Translations under genes and position numbers: made by a program | Assembly (NCBI GenBank): GCA_965227515.1 | Contig: CBDDFZ010000001.1 | Coordinates: 2,816,001 to 2,880,000, forward strand | Source of the DNA: Alphaproteobacteria bacterium | GTDB taxonomy: Bacteria; Pseudomonadota; Alphaproteobacteria; CALKHQ01 | Direction of reading: 5' to 3' | DNA length: 64,000 nt | The notes under the pieces: generated by a model | The model's input: the letters and a program-made list of their open reading frames with translations, nothing else | What the model was told of the DNA's origin: nothing | The model's database searches: none | Shown here: piece after piece, positions 1 to 9,906 of the stretch | Layout: every line of letters begins with the position of its first letter | How positions within the stretch are numbered: the stretch's first letter is position 1

Positions 1-143
1 GGGTACTGCGGCTGCTGCCGAAACGCCGCCGGCCGCATCTGCTCACCCGCGTGCGCCGCCCGACCTACCCGCGAGGCTACCGGATCGAGGACCTAGGCAC
101 GTTCGCGGAGAAGGCACCGCGCTGAGAGGCGCGGCACAGCTTG

Positions 144-3100
144 TCACGCGGCTGGCGCGGTCTTGCCGGCGTTGGCGACCACCGACGGCGCGTTCCTGGT
201 CGGGATGCGGAACAGCAGCGTGTAGAGCGCCGGCACGAACGCCAGCGTGATCAGCGTCGCCACGATCAGGCCGAAGGCGATGACGCTGGCCATGCCGTAG
301 AACAGGGCACCGCCGAACGCAATCAGCGGGATCAGGCCCAGAACCGTCGTCAGCGTGGTCATCAATATCGGGCGCAGGCGCGCCAGGCAGGCAACCGCCA
401 CCGCGTCGAGCGGGTCGCGCCCGTCCTGGGATTCGGCCTGTATCCGGTCGATCAGCACGATCCCGTTGTTGATGATGATGCCGGCCAGGCTGAAGAAGCC
501 CAGGATCACCATGAAGCCGAACGGCGCGTTCATGATCACGAGGCCAAGCACGCCGCCAATGGAGATCAGCGGGATGGTCGCGACGATGATGCCGCCCTTG
601 CGGATCGAATTGAACTGGCCGACCAGGAGCACGATGATGCCGGCCAGCGCCAACGGCAGCAGGCCGAACAAGCGGCTGTTGGACTCGGCCTGGTCCTCGA
701 TCTCGCCACCGATCTCGAAGCGGTGCCCGGCCGGCAGGTCCAGCGCCTGCAGGGCCGGTTCCAGTGCTTGCAGCAGTCCCGGCGCCCCGAGCGCGGGATT
801 GCGCGCCTCCACCGTCAGCGTGCGTTGCTGGTTGAGCCGGATGATGCGCCCGGTGCGCCATTCCGGCGTCACGGTGGCGACCTGGCCCAGCGACACGAAG
901 TCGTCCTTCGTCGACGAATAGATCTGAATTCGCTGCAGGCTGGACAAGGACAGCCGCATGCCGTCGTCGCCGCGCAACACGATGGGAATGACCTGGTCGC
1001 CCTCCCGGTAATCGCTGATCGGCGTGCCGGCGAAGAACGTGCTGAGCGCCATTGCCACGTCGGACGACGTGACGCCCGCGCGGCGCGCCCGCACCTGATC
1101 GACGTTGATGTTGAGCGCAAGGACCGCGTTTTCCCAGTCGTGCTTGATGCCGACGGTCTGCGGGATGTCGTGCAATGCGGCGACCAGGCGATCGGCGGCG
1201 TCCAGCAACACGTCGTCATCCGGCCCGATCAGGCGGAGCTGGAGCAGGCCGGGCTCGGTCGACCCGAACCACATCTGCTTGGCGTCGGCCCGCGCGGCCG
1301 GGATGTTGGCATCCAGGAACGCATTGATCCGCGCCATCATCGGCCGGACATCGTCGACCGAGTGGGTGTTGACCAGCACGAAGCCGCGATGCGGATCGGG
1401 GTCGACCGGCGACAGCGCGAGGAAGAAGCGCGGGCCGCCGAAGCCGACATAGGCGATGGTGCTGGCGACTTCCGGATTCTCCTCGGTGTCGGACAACCAC
1501 GCCGTCAGCTTGCGCAACTGGGTCTCGGTCTCGCGCGCATCCGTGCCGGCCTCGAGGTCCATGTAGACCAGCAACTGGTTGCGGTCGCCCAGCGGAAAGA
1601 ACTCCACCTTCAACAGCCCGAACAGTTGCACGGACCCGACCATCAGCAGGACCAGGGCCGCGATCCCGATCAGCCGGAAGCGCAGGAACAGCCCCAGAAC
1701 CCGGCAATAGAACCTGTAGACGATGCCGTTGTAGGCCGGCTCGATTTCCTTGCCGGCCGCGCCGGTGGCCTTTGGCACCTTCATGAAGGTCGCGCACATG
1801 AATGGCGTGACGGTCATGGAGAGCAGCCACGACCCCAGCAGCAGGATCATCACCACCTGCGCCAGCGACATGACGTACTCGCCGGCGCCGCCCTCCAGCA
1901 GCAGCATCGGCAGGAACGCGAATATCGTTGTCAGCGACGACGTCAACAACGGCAGCGCAAGCGTGCCGCCCGACTGTGCCGCCGCCTTCCGGCGTTCGAT
2001 GCCGCGCTCCAGGCGGGAGCGAATGTCCTCCGCCACGACGATGCCGTTGTCGACCAGAAGGCCGAGCGCGATGATGGTGCCGGCGATCGACATGCGCTGC
2101 AGCTCGACCCCATAGAGCCGCATGACGATGATGCCCAGCAGCATGGTCAGCGGCACGAAGCAGCCGACGATCAGGCCGGTGCGGATGCCCAGGAAGACCA
2201 GCACCACCGCAAGCACGATGGCGAGCGTCTGGTAGACATTGGACACCGCGCTGTCGACGGCCTGGGCAATCAGCGTCGGCTGGAAGGTCGCATAGTCCAG
2301 CACATAGCCGATGGGCAGTTCCTGCTGGATGTCGCCCAGCAGTGCCGACAGGCGCGTACCGAACTCGACATTGTTGACGCCCTCTACGGTCGAAACCGCC
2401 AGGACGACCGCCGGCCGGTCGTTGTAGAAGGCCGGGAACTGCGGTGGGTCGATGTTGCTGCGCTCAACCGTCACCAGATCGCCCAGCCGATAGACCTGGC
2501 CCGTGCCCGGTATCTCGAACACGACATTGGCGATGTCTTCGACCGCGCCCAGGTCGCCTGACGGCTCCAGCACGATGGTCCGGCTGTCGGCGACGATCTG
2601 GCCACCCGGCTCGATGATGTTCTGGTTCGCCAGCGCGCTGAAGATCTGTTGCGGCGCGACGCCGAATTCCGCCAGCCGCGCGGGCGTGGTTTCCAGATAG
2701 ATGCGCTCGGGCTGCACGCCCATTACGTCCACGCGCCTGATGCCGTCCAGCGTGTAGATCCGCTCGCGGATGCGGGTGGCGACGTCGCGCATTTCCGCCA
2801 GCGAGAACCCGTCGGCCCACAGCGCCACGGTGGCCACCGCGGTTAGCCCCTCGTCATCCTCGATGGTCGGGGTGCTGGTGCCTTCGGGCAGGTTGGGGGT
2901 GACGTCGGCCACCTTGTTGCGGATGTCCTGGAACACCGGTTCCAGATCGGTGACCCAGTCGTAGAGCGTGACGCTGATCTTGGTCGCCCCGGTCTTGGAC
3001 GTCGATTCGATGTCCTCGATCTCGGCGATTTCGCGCAGCGCCGTTTCCAGCGGCTTGGTGATCAGTTCCTCGACGCGCTCGGGCGACATGCCGGGGAACG

Positions 3101-3248
3101 ACGCCTGCACGCTGGCACTTCTGATCTGGATCGTCGGGTCTTCGGCGCTCGGGTAGGACAGATACGTCTGAATGCCAATGAAAGCTATAATAATTATGCC
3201 GATGATTGTAATGCGTGAATTATTGATCGCCAGTTGTGCCAGATTCAT
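144..3248 (-). CDS. RND efflux transporter permease (AcrB/AcrD/AcrF family)
   Basis: 1034 aa; GLLVDNGIVV, GIIINNGIVLID and RLRPILMTTLTT motifs typical of RND permeases. Confidence 0.95.
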   Translation of the reverse strand: MNLAQLAINNSRITIIGIIIIAFIGIQTYLSYPSAEDPTIQIRSASVQASFPGMSPERVEELITKPLETALREIAEIEDIESTSKTGATKISVTLYDWVTDLEPVFQDIRNKVADVTPNLPEGTSTPTIEDDEGLTAVATVALWADGFSLAEMRDVATRIRERIYTLDGIRRVDVMGVQPERIYLETTPARLAEFGVAPQQIFSALANQNIIEPGGQIVADSRTIVLEPSGDLGAVEDIANVVFEIPGTGQVYRLGDLVTVERSNIDPPQFPAFYNDRPAVVLAVSTVEGVNNVEFGTRLSALLGDIQQELPIGYVLDYATFQPTLIAQAVDSAVSNVYQTLAIVLAVVLVFLGIRTGLIVGCFVPLTMLLGIIVMRLYGVELQRMSIAGTIIALGLLVDNGIVVAEDIRSRLERGIERRKAAAQSGGTLALPLLTSSLTTIFAFLPMLLLEGGAGEYVMSLAQVVMILLLGSWLLSMTVTPFMCATFMKVPKATGAAGKEIEPAYNGIVYRFYCRVLGLFLRFRLIGIAALVLLMVGSVQLFGLLKVEFFPLGDRNQLLVYMDLEAGTDARETETQLRKLTAWLSDTEENPEVASTIAYVGFGGPRFFLALSPVDPDPHRGFVLVNTHSVDDVRPMMARINAFLDANIPAARADAKQMWFGSTEPGLLQLRLIGPDDDVLLDAADRLVAALHDIPQTVGIKHDWENAVLALNINVDQVRARRAGVTSSDVAMALSTFFAGTPISDYREGDQVIPIVLRGDDGMRLSLSSLQRIQIYSSTKDDFVSLGQVATVTPEWRTGRIIRLNQQRTLTVEARNPALGAPGLLQALEPALQALDLPAGHRFEIGGEIEDQAESNSRLFGLLPLALAGIIVLLVGQFNSIRKGGIIVATIPLISIGGVLGLVIMNAPFGFMVILGFFSLAGIIINNGIVLIDRIQAESQDGRDPLDAVAVACLARLRPILMTTLTTVLGLIPLIAFGGALFYGMASVIAFGLIVATLITLAFVPALYTLLFRIPTRNAPSVVANAGKTAPAA

Positions 3249-3287
3249 GCTGGTATTTCCGCTATTATAATTCTATTATTCTAGCAT

Positions 3288-4385
3288 CTATTCTTGCAAC
3301 AAGCTGACCTGCTGGCCATCGCGCAGGAAACTGACACCGGCGGCGGCGATGATGTCGCCCGCGGACAGGCCCTCGGCAACGGTGATCATGTTGCCGGAGA
3401 CACCGCCGCCGCTGCGGATGGGCGTCCGCCGGACCACCCCGGCGGCGGCATCGAACTTAAATACATAGCCCTCGGCGGCATCGTCGCCGGGCGCGATCGC
3501 GACCAACGGGGCAAGGTATCCCTGCGGGGCATCGGCATCGGCCAGCACGATGCTGACGTCCACCGCCATGCCGGGCAGCAGACCCTCGGGCCGGCTCAGG
3601 ACCGACGCCACAACGGGCACGGCATTGGCGGTCGCGGCCGACGTGCCGACCTCCGAGATGTGGCCGACGCAGCCGCAATCGGGCAGTACCGACGCGTCGA
3701 TGGCAACCGGCGTTCCGGCCGCGATCCGCGAGACGACGGCGTCCGGCACGCTCAACTCCACCTCGTATGCGTCTTCCGCATTGATCTCGAAGACGGTCTG
3801 CCCCTGCCCAACCTCCAGGAACGGCTCGATGTTCCGCACCGAGATGACACCGTCGAACGGTGCCACCAGAACCGCATCGCTCAGGCTGTTCTCGGCGCTG
3901 GCCAGTCGGGACCGCGCCAGGTCCAGTTGGCTGCGGGCCGACTCATAGACGGTCAGCGCCTGCTGGTAGGCGGCCTGCGCAACCCAGCCGCGTTCATAGA
4001 GCTCGCGTTGACGGGTCAGCTCCGCGCCCTGCCGATTGAACTCGGCCTGGGCCGCCGCCAGCTCGGCCTCGGCGGCCTCGACACTGTATTCGAGTTGTTG
4101 CGGGTCGAGCGTCGCCAGGGTCTGGCCCTGCACGACACGGTCGCCCTGGTTGACGTCCACCGACAATACCGTGCCGCCGGTGGCAAAACTCAGCGACGAG
4201 TTGACCGCCGCGACGACCACCCCGGAATAGTTGCGCACATCGCCGCCCGCAGGCTCCACGACGTAGTAGGGCTTGATCGCCCGGATCCGTTCGGCCTGTT
4301 CCGGTGGCTCCTCATCGCAGCCGACAAGCAGGAGTGCCGCCAGGGCCGTTAGGAGACCCCAAGCCTTCAGCCGTCTGGACTCCAT
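3288..4385 (-). CDS. RND efflux periplasmic adaptor subunit (lipoprotein)
   Basis: Lipobox LLVGC; biotinyl-like GTVLSVDVNQGDRV...LVAPFDGVI; coiled coil; directly upstream of the permease. Confidence 0.93.
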   Translation of the reverse strand: MESRRLKAWGLLTALAALLLVGCDEEPPEQAERIRAIKPYYVVEPAGGDVRNYSGVVVAAVNSSLSFATGGTVLSVDVNQGDRVVQGQTLATLDPQQLEYSVEAAEAELAAAQAEFNRQGAELTRQRELYERGWVAQAAYQQALTVYESARSQLDLARSRLASAENSLSDAVLVAPFDGVISVRNIEPFLEVGQGQTVFEINAEDAYEVELSVPDAVVSRIAAGTPVAIDASVLPDCGCVGHISEVGTSAATANAVPVVASVLSRPEGLLPGMAVDVSIVLADADAPQGYLAPLVAIAPGDDAAEGYVFKFDAAAGVVRRTPIRSGGGVSGNMITVAEGLSAGDIIAAAGVSFLRDGQQVSLLQE

Positions 4386-4489
4386 CGAGCGAGCTTCCGT
4401 CTGTGTGTGGTCTAGCGCTGGCTATAACACGCCGCCGGTCATGCCGCAGCCGCCAATCATTCAATGTCGTTGAACTTCCGAAGACCGCA

Positions 4490-4685
4490 ATGCTGGTGCA
4501 ACTCATGGTTGGCGCCCCGGTCGCCTCCGGCACCATCCTGGCAGCCGCTTTGCTGACGCGCCGTGGCGCGAGGCTGTCGCATTGGCGGGTCGGGGCGAAG
4601 ACCGCTGTCCTGCCGGTCGCGGTCTATCTGTGGGTGATGCGCTCTTCAGTCTTTGCACATGGATCCGGGCACTGGTGTTCCGGCG
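4490..4685 (+). pseudogene. Possible frameshifted 5' remnant of a small two-TM ion channel gene
   Basis: MLVQLMVGAPVASGTILAA...AVYLWVM, then in a shifted frame LFSLCTWIRALVFR; resembles by eye the N-terminus of alphaproteobacterial Ion_trans_2 proteins; no pore region follows. Confidence 0.3.
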
Positions 4686-4792
4686 AACCCGGACGTGACC
4701 AAACGGTCAGCGCACCCGGCACTCCCGGATCGCGTTTCATGCGGTCGGTTGCGAGGCGGGAACGGGAGCCCGCGCCGCCAACGGCGCCGTCG

Positions 4793-5356
4793 TCAGAATA
4801 CCAGCGTCATCCGGTCGATGTTGTCTCGAAGCCGCAGGAACTCAAGATCGGCGGCAAAGTCGTATGGCTCCCGTGGACTGAGCGCTTCTGCTTCTCGAAG
4901 GGCCTGTTCCTGCAATCGAATTTCCGCGATCCGGGTGGCGTTTGCCGCCTTCCTCTCGTCGCGCGTGATCGCCCCCTCGGCGATCTGGGCGGTCATCGCC
5001 CGGTCCGCATCAAGCAGCTCGTCCAACGCTTCCGGCTGCCGCATGGCCGGCCGAGCGATCCGATTGACCGCATCGTAGGCGCACTCGCGCCATGCCAGTT
5101 CTCCCTCTCCAAGCTCATTGGCGGGCAGGGCGTCGCCACTCACCTGATCGTACCCGTGCTGCTCGGTGCACATGGCGAACGCGGCATCCAACGACTGACT
5201 GACCTGCGCTGCCGCTGCGTTCGATGCCGCCAGGCTGTTGCCGCTGGACTGGCATCCCACCAGAAGCGCCAGCAAAGAGGCGGTGAGTGCGCCCACTGCG
5301 GTGAGTGCGGGCCGGCCATTCGACGTGTCTTGCCTGTCTCGTGTCGCCCTGTTCAT
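4793..5356 (-). CDS. Hypothetical lipoprotein
   Basis: Lipobox LLVGC; helical, natural-looking protein composition. Confidence 0.7.
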   Translation of the reverse strand: MNRATRDRQDTSNGRPALTAVGALTASLLALLVGCQSSGNSLAASNAAAAQVSQSLDAAFAMCTEQHGYDQVSGDALPANELGEGELAWRECAYDAVNRIARPAMRQPEALDELLDADRAMTAQIAEGAITRDERKAANATRIAEIRLQEQALREAEALSPREPYDFAADLEFLRLRDNIDRMTLVF

Positions 5357-5587
5357 CCGACATCTCCCAAAGGTTGGTGAGCGGCGGCGATGGTCACACC
5401 GCGCACGCCGAAAGACAACCTGGGATGTGTGTTTGGTCGAGCAGGCTGTTGAACTTCGGGTGACCGCACTGTCTGCCGGCCGGCCGGTCGCTGGCCGCGA
5501 CTGGTCAAATGATCCGGACCGGCGTACTACCGGTTGTCATTACGGCATGTCTTGCCATCTCGTGGCGCCAATACGGGTGTGTGATCC

Positions 5588-7060
5588 ATGACGACCAGAC
5601 GCACAATTCTTGCGAGCCCAATCCTTGTTCCCGTCTTTGCCGCTCTTGCGTGGAGCGTCACCCTTGTCTCGGGCGATGCGGGCGCCCGGGCTGATACGTT
5701 CGAGTCCGCCGACGCGAAGGCCGAGCTGCGAGAGTACGACATCTTTGTCGACCCGATCCCTGGCGAGCCTGAGCAACTCTCCATGGTGGTCAGGGGATCT
5801 CGCTGGGAAGACGTGGAGCCCGAATTCCTGCGGGAGCAGGTCGCGCGCCTGGACGGGGCGGTGGTGGCGCTCGGCTTCAGAAACGCCGACGAGATCACCG
5901 ACATCAGCGCCGTTGCGAGCCTGACCGACTTGCGCGCGCTGGAGATCGCCGATGCCCCGGAAATCAGCGACATCAGCGCACTCGCCGAGCTGAAGAATCT
6001 GGAGGAGCTCACGCTCTACAAAACTAGCGGCATTACCGATATTGGCGCCTTGGCCGGCCTGACCGGGCTGCGCGAGCTCAATATCTTCAATGTCGTGGGG
6101 CTCAGCGATATCAGTGCGGTCGCCGGACTGACCAATCTGCAGCGGCTCAGCCTTAGCAGTGTCGATGGCATCAGCGATATCGGTGCCATTGCGGGACTGA
6201 AGGGCTTGCAATTCCTCAGCCTTTCGGATGCCGACAGTATTGAAGACATCAGCGTTCTAGCCGGCCTGACCAACCTGCAAGTGCTTGATCTCGCCCATGC
6301 CGACGGGATTTCCGACATCAGCGCCGTTGCGGGCCTGATCAATCTGCAAACGCTGAGCCTTCTCAATGTCAATGGGATCAGCGACATCGGCGCGATTGCG
6401 GGCCTCACCCAGCTGCAAATACTCGACCTTGCTGGTGCCCATGGCATTAGCGATCTTGGCCCGGTCGCGGGCCTGACGAGCCTGGAGGAGCTCAGTCTCA
6501 GTGGAGCTCGCGGGATTGTGGATATCGGTCCAATTGCGGGCCTGACCAATCTACGGGAGCTGAACCTCAGCTTTGCCGATGGCATCACCGACATCGGTCC
6601 AGTCGCGGGTCTGACAAATCTGCTGAGCCTGTCCCTCACCGGTGCCGACGGGGTGACCGATATCGGTGCCGTTGCGGGCCTGACCAACCTGCGATCGCTG
6701 CAACTATACGGCGCCGAAGGGGTCACCGATATCAGTGCCGTTGCTGGTCTCACCAACCTGGAGAACGCCTCCTTCGGTGCCATCCCGGGCTTGACGGACA
6801 TCAGCGCCGTGGCGGGCCTGACCAATCTGCGGTCGCTCCACCTCAACTTTGCCACCGGGCTCACCGATCTCAGCCCGGTAGCGGGCCTGATCAACCTGGA
6901 GAGGATCGACCTCAACGAGGTCGATGGGGTCACCGATATCAGCATGCTGGCGGGCCTGCCGAACCTGCGCGAACTCTTCCTCCGGGACTCCGACGGGATT
7001 TCCGACGAGGACATCGAAGACCTGAAACTGGCCAACCCGGACCTGAGGATCGTGCGCTAG
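5588..7060 (+). CDS. Exported leucine-rich repeat protein, ~17 x 23-aa repeats
   Basis: N-terminal TRRTIL plus hydrophobic signal; repeats LxxLxLxxAxGIxDIxAVAGLTN. Confidence 0.92.
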   Translation: MTTRRTILASPILVPVFAALAWSVTLVSGDAGARADTFESADAKAELREYDIFVDPIPGEPEQLSMVVRGSRWEDVEPEFLREQVARLDGAVVALGFRNADEITDISAVASLTDLRALEIADAPEISDISALAELKNLEELTLYKTSGITDIGALAGLTGLRELNIFNVVGLSDISAVAGLTNLQRLSLSSVDGISDIGAIAGLKGLQFLSLSDADSIEDISVLAGLTNLQVLDLAHADGISDISAVAGLINLQTLSLLNVNGISDIGAIAGLTQLQILDLAGAHGISDLGPVAGLTSLEELSLSGARGIVDIGPIAGLTNLRELNLSFADGITDIGPVAGLTNLLSLSLTGADGVTDIGAVAGLTNLRSLQLYGAEGVTDISAVAGLTNLENASFGAIPGLTDISAVAGLTNLRSLHLNFATGLTDLSPVAGLINLERIDLNEVDGVTDISMLAGLPNLRELFLRDSDGISDEDIEDLKLANPDLRIVR

Positions 7061-7078
7061 TCGCAGCGCAAAACGCCA

Positions 7079-7663
7079 TCAGCTCCGGAAGATATGCAGT
7101 GCTGCGTGCTGCAGCAGCATGATGGTCTTGCCATCGACGATCTCGCCGCGGGCGACCATCGCCATCGCCTCGGCGAACGGCAGTTCCAGCACCTCGATGT
7201 CCTCGCCCTCGTCGGCGACCCCGCCGCCGGCCGAAACCCGGTCCGCGTGGTCGTAGGCGGCGACGAAGAAGCTCAGCTTCTCGGTCACCGAGCCCGGGCT
7301 CATGAAGGCGGTGAACACCGGCTCGACATGGTGGACGCGGTAGCCGGTTTCCTCCTCCGCCTCCTGCCGGATGCGGGCCGCCGGGTCCATGCGGTCGAGC
7401 AGGCCGGCCGCCGCTTCGATCATCAGCCCGTCATAGCCGTTCACGAACGCCGGAAAGCGGAATTGGCGCGTCAGAACAACGGTTTGCCGCGCGGTGTTGT
7501 AGAGCAGGACGGTCGCGCCATTGCCCCGGTCATAGGTCTCGCGCACCTGGGTCTGCCAGGTGCCGTCGCGCCTGCGCCAGTCGAACGTCGCCTTTTTCAG
7601 CACGTACCAGTTGTCGGACAGCAGTTCCATCGCGCGCACCCGCACGCGCTCAGCCACGGACAT
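7079..7663 (-). CDS. nudK: NUDIX hydrolase, GDP-mannose pyrophosphatase NudK-like
   Basis: [22 protein letters not shown] and Nudix box AGLLD...EAEEETG; ATG at 7663 preceded by GGAGG. Confidence 0.85.
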   Translation of the reverse strand: MSVAERVRVRAMELLSDNWYVLKKATFDWRRRDGTWQTQVRETYDRGNGATVLLYNTARQTVVLTRQFRFPAFVNGYDGLMIEAAAGLLDRMDPAARIRQEAEEETGYRVHHVEPVFTAFMSPGSVTEKLSFFVAAYDHADRVSAGGGVADEGEDIEVLELPFAEAMAMVARGEIVDGKTIMLLQHAALHIFRS

Positions 7664-7685
7664 CGCAGGCCCTCCATCGCGGTTT

Positions 7686-7735
7686 CGTGCAGATACGCAC
7701 AATAACGTGCAAAAACAAGATATATCGTGTAACAT
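7686..7735. promoter_or_regulatory. Phased repeats in the divergent nudK/deoR promoter, putative DeoR-family operator
   Basis: CGTGCA at 7686 and 7706 and CGTGTA at 7726, exact 20-bp period, in an AT-richer intergenic region. Confidence 0.5.
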
Positions 7736-7741
7736 GCGGGC

Positions 7742-8509
7742 ATGCTGACGAGCCAGCGCAAGGCGCACATCCTCGATCTCCTGCGGCGCGACGGGCAGGT
7801 GGTGGCCAAGGCCCTCAGTGCCGACTTGGCATTGTCGGAGGACACCATCCGCCGCGACCTGCGCGAGCTGGCGGCCGAGGGCAGGCTGCAACGGGTGCAT
7901 GGTGGGGCGTTGCCGGTGTCGCCCGCCCTGGCCGACGTGCCGGCGCGGCGGCGCATCGCCACCGACGCCAAGCAGGCACTGGGACGGGCGGCGGCGGCGC
8001 TGATCCGGCCGGGGCAGGTGGCGTTCGTCGACGGCGGCACCACCACCGAGGCGATGGTCGCCCACCTGCCGCCCGATCTCGCCGCCACGGTGGTCACCCA
8101 CAGCCCGGCCATCGCGGTGGCGCTGGCCGGCCATGTGGGCATCGAGGTGGTGCTGATCGGTGGGCGCCTGTTCCGCCACTCCATGGTCGCCACCGGCGCC
8201 GACACGGTGGAGGCGATCGGCCGCATCCGTGCCGACCTCTATGTCATGGGGGTGACCGGCATCCACCCGGAGGTCGGGCTGACCACCGGCGATGGCGAGG
8301 AGGCAGCGGTGAAGCGCGCCATGGTGCGCGCGGCGGCCGAGACCGCCGTGCCGGTCTCGCGCGACAAGCTGGGTGCGGCCTCGCCCTATGTCATCTGCCC
8401 GCTCGCCGACATCGCCACCATGGTGGTCGAGGCCGATGTGCCGGATGCCGCCACCGCGCCCTATGCGGCTGCCGTGGTGGAGGTGGTGCGGGCGAAGCCA
8501 CGTATATGA
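7742..8509 (+). CDS. DeoR/GlpR family transcriptional regulator
   Basis: [16 protein letters not shown]...RVHGGA; FVDGGTT sensor domain. Confidence 0.95.
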   Translation: MLTSQRKAHILDLLRRDGQVVAKALSADLALSEDTIRRDLRELAAEGRLQRVHGGALPVSPALADVPARRRIATDAKQALGRAAAALIRPGQVAFVDGGTTTEAMVAHLPPDLAATVVTHSPAIAVALAGHVGIEVVLIGGRLFRHSMVATGADTVEAIGRIRADLYVMGVTGIHPEVGLTTGDGEEAAVKRAMVRAAAETAVPVSRDKLGAASPYVICPLADIATMVVEADVPDAATAPYAAAVVEVVRAKPRI

Positions 8510-8752
8510 CGAGCAGTTGCCCGACCGGTATTATGTCTGTGTTGCGTAGTGCGAATCGGAGGATGTCACTGCGAATAGCTTCGTTGGCGAGTCCGGAAGC
8601 TGATTCAACAATGGGTAATTGCGCCCGCAAATGGAACGTGTTGCGGAAAAAGCAATACCTGGGCCACTGTTTAGTTTGAAGGCAGTATTTGTGACCGTTT
8701 GAGGCACCAAGTTTACGCGATCTCGTTCTTATGCTATGGTTGTATTGGGTTT

Positions 8753-9580
8753 ATGGGCGCAATAATACTACCTACTAGATCACGGAAACTGCCAGATCCT
8801 CATATCGCCCCAATTTGGGGTAATCGCGGGCCCTGTGCACTATGTAGGAGTTATTCCGATCTGACGGACAATCATGTTCCGCCCGAAGGTGTGGGTAACT
8901 TTGGATCATGGATGGCGCAAAGTTATTTGACTGCTTCTGCTGCTGACAAAGAACTGTTTTATGGAAGAAAATTTCGAGGGGGGATTAGATTTCGGACGAT
9001 TTGTCGGGATTGCAACAGTTCTTTGGGTGGCACTGAGGATAAAGAGCTAATCAGACTCTACGAGCAAGCGCAAAAGTTTGTTAATTCATCTCTAATTGTG
9101 CCCAGTATAACAACATTATCCATAAGGCCAAATCTCATCGCTCGTGGTTTGTTTGCGCATATGGTTTCTGCTAATGACAATGGAGTGCCATGTCCTTTTG
9201 ATATTGAGGCTCGGGATATCTTTTTTTCTAGAAGGCCATTAAGATTTAGCTCATGGAATTTGTTCTATTGGGTATATGAAGGTGATGAGATATTTGTTAT
9301 GCGAAGTGCTTTTCTTGCAACTGCCACTTCACCAGTCCAACTTCATGAGGTGTATATTGTAAAGGCGCCCCCGCTCGCATTCATGTTTGCCCGAAGGCCA
9401 AATTTCTGCGGCCTCCCAAATATGATGAATTATATCCAGTCACGGGATCAAGACGAGGTGGAAGTGCCGATTGTCCTAGGGCTGCGAGACCCGTATGCGT
9501 CTTGGCCAGTTGTGGCATACGGCAATCAATTTATTATGCTGGGAGGGGCCTCATATGGTGTCATTGCTCAAAAATATTAG
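8753..9580 (+). CDS. HNH-like (Zn-finger) nuclease domain protein, low GC
   Basis: CALC...TDNHVPP...CRDCN; AT-rich codon usage; start ATG 8753 or TTG 8699. Confidence 0.7.
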   Translation: MGAIILPTRSRKLPDPHIAPIWGNRGPCALCRSYSDLTDNHVPPEGVGNFGSWMAQSYLTASAADKELFYGRKFRGGIRFRTICRDCNSSLGGTEDKELIRLYEQAQKFVNSSLIVPSITTLSIRPNLIARGLFAHMVSANDNGVPCPFDIEARDIFFSRRPLRFSSWNLFYWVYEGDEIFVMRSAFLATATSPVQLHEVYIVKAPPLAFMFARRPNFCGLPNMMNYIQSRDQDEVEVPIVLGLRDPYASWPVVAYGNQFIMLGGASYGVIAQKY

Positions 9581-9906
9581 CTGGCGGTAATATCTAGCGA
9601 CTCCACATTCGGAGGATATTACTTTCGCAGGTTTCCCTACGAAGGCGTTTTGTACGGCTGACTGATGGCCTGGAACACGGGCAGGGCCTCGCAGCGTTCG
9701 TTGTGGTTAGCGACGGCGAGGTGGCCCTGCGGAGGGCGTGGAGGTGGTTAGGGCGGGGTAGTGGCGCTTGGAGGACGGCACCGCCGACCTCATGGACTGG
9801 CGCAACTGCCGGAGCGTCGACACGGCCGGCGCGAAATTGCCCCGGGAATGGGATACGCTCGGCAGGGCAGGGCGCTGGACGGTCGCCATTCCATCTGCGG
9901 GGGGCA

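Noticed and set aside
141-2561. Long antisense and alternative-frame ORFs (e.g. 141-2561, 19720-21867, 56025-57530)
   Set aside because: Shadow ORFs of real genes, expected in high-GC DNA, with no recognisable motifs
5930-6980. 69-bp periodic repeats as a CRISPR or DGR template
   Set aside because: They are the LRR codons, variation is not adenine-specific, and there is no reverse transcriptase
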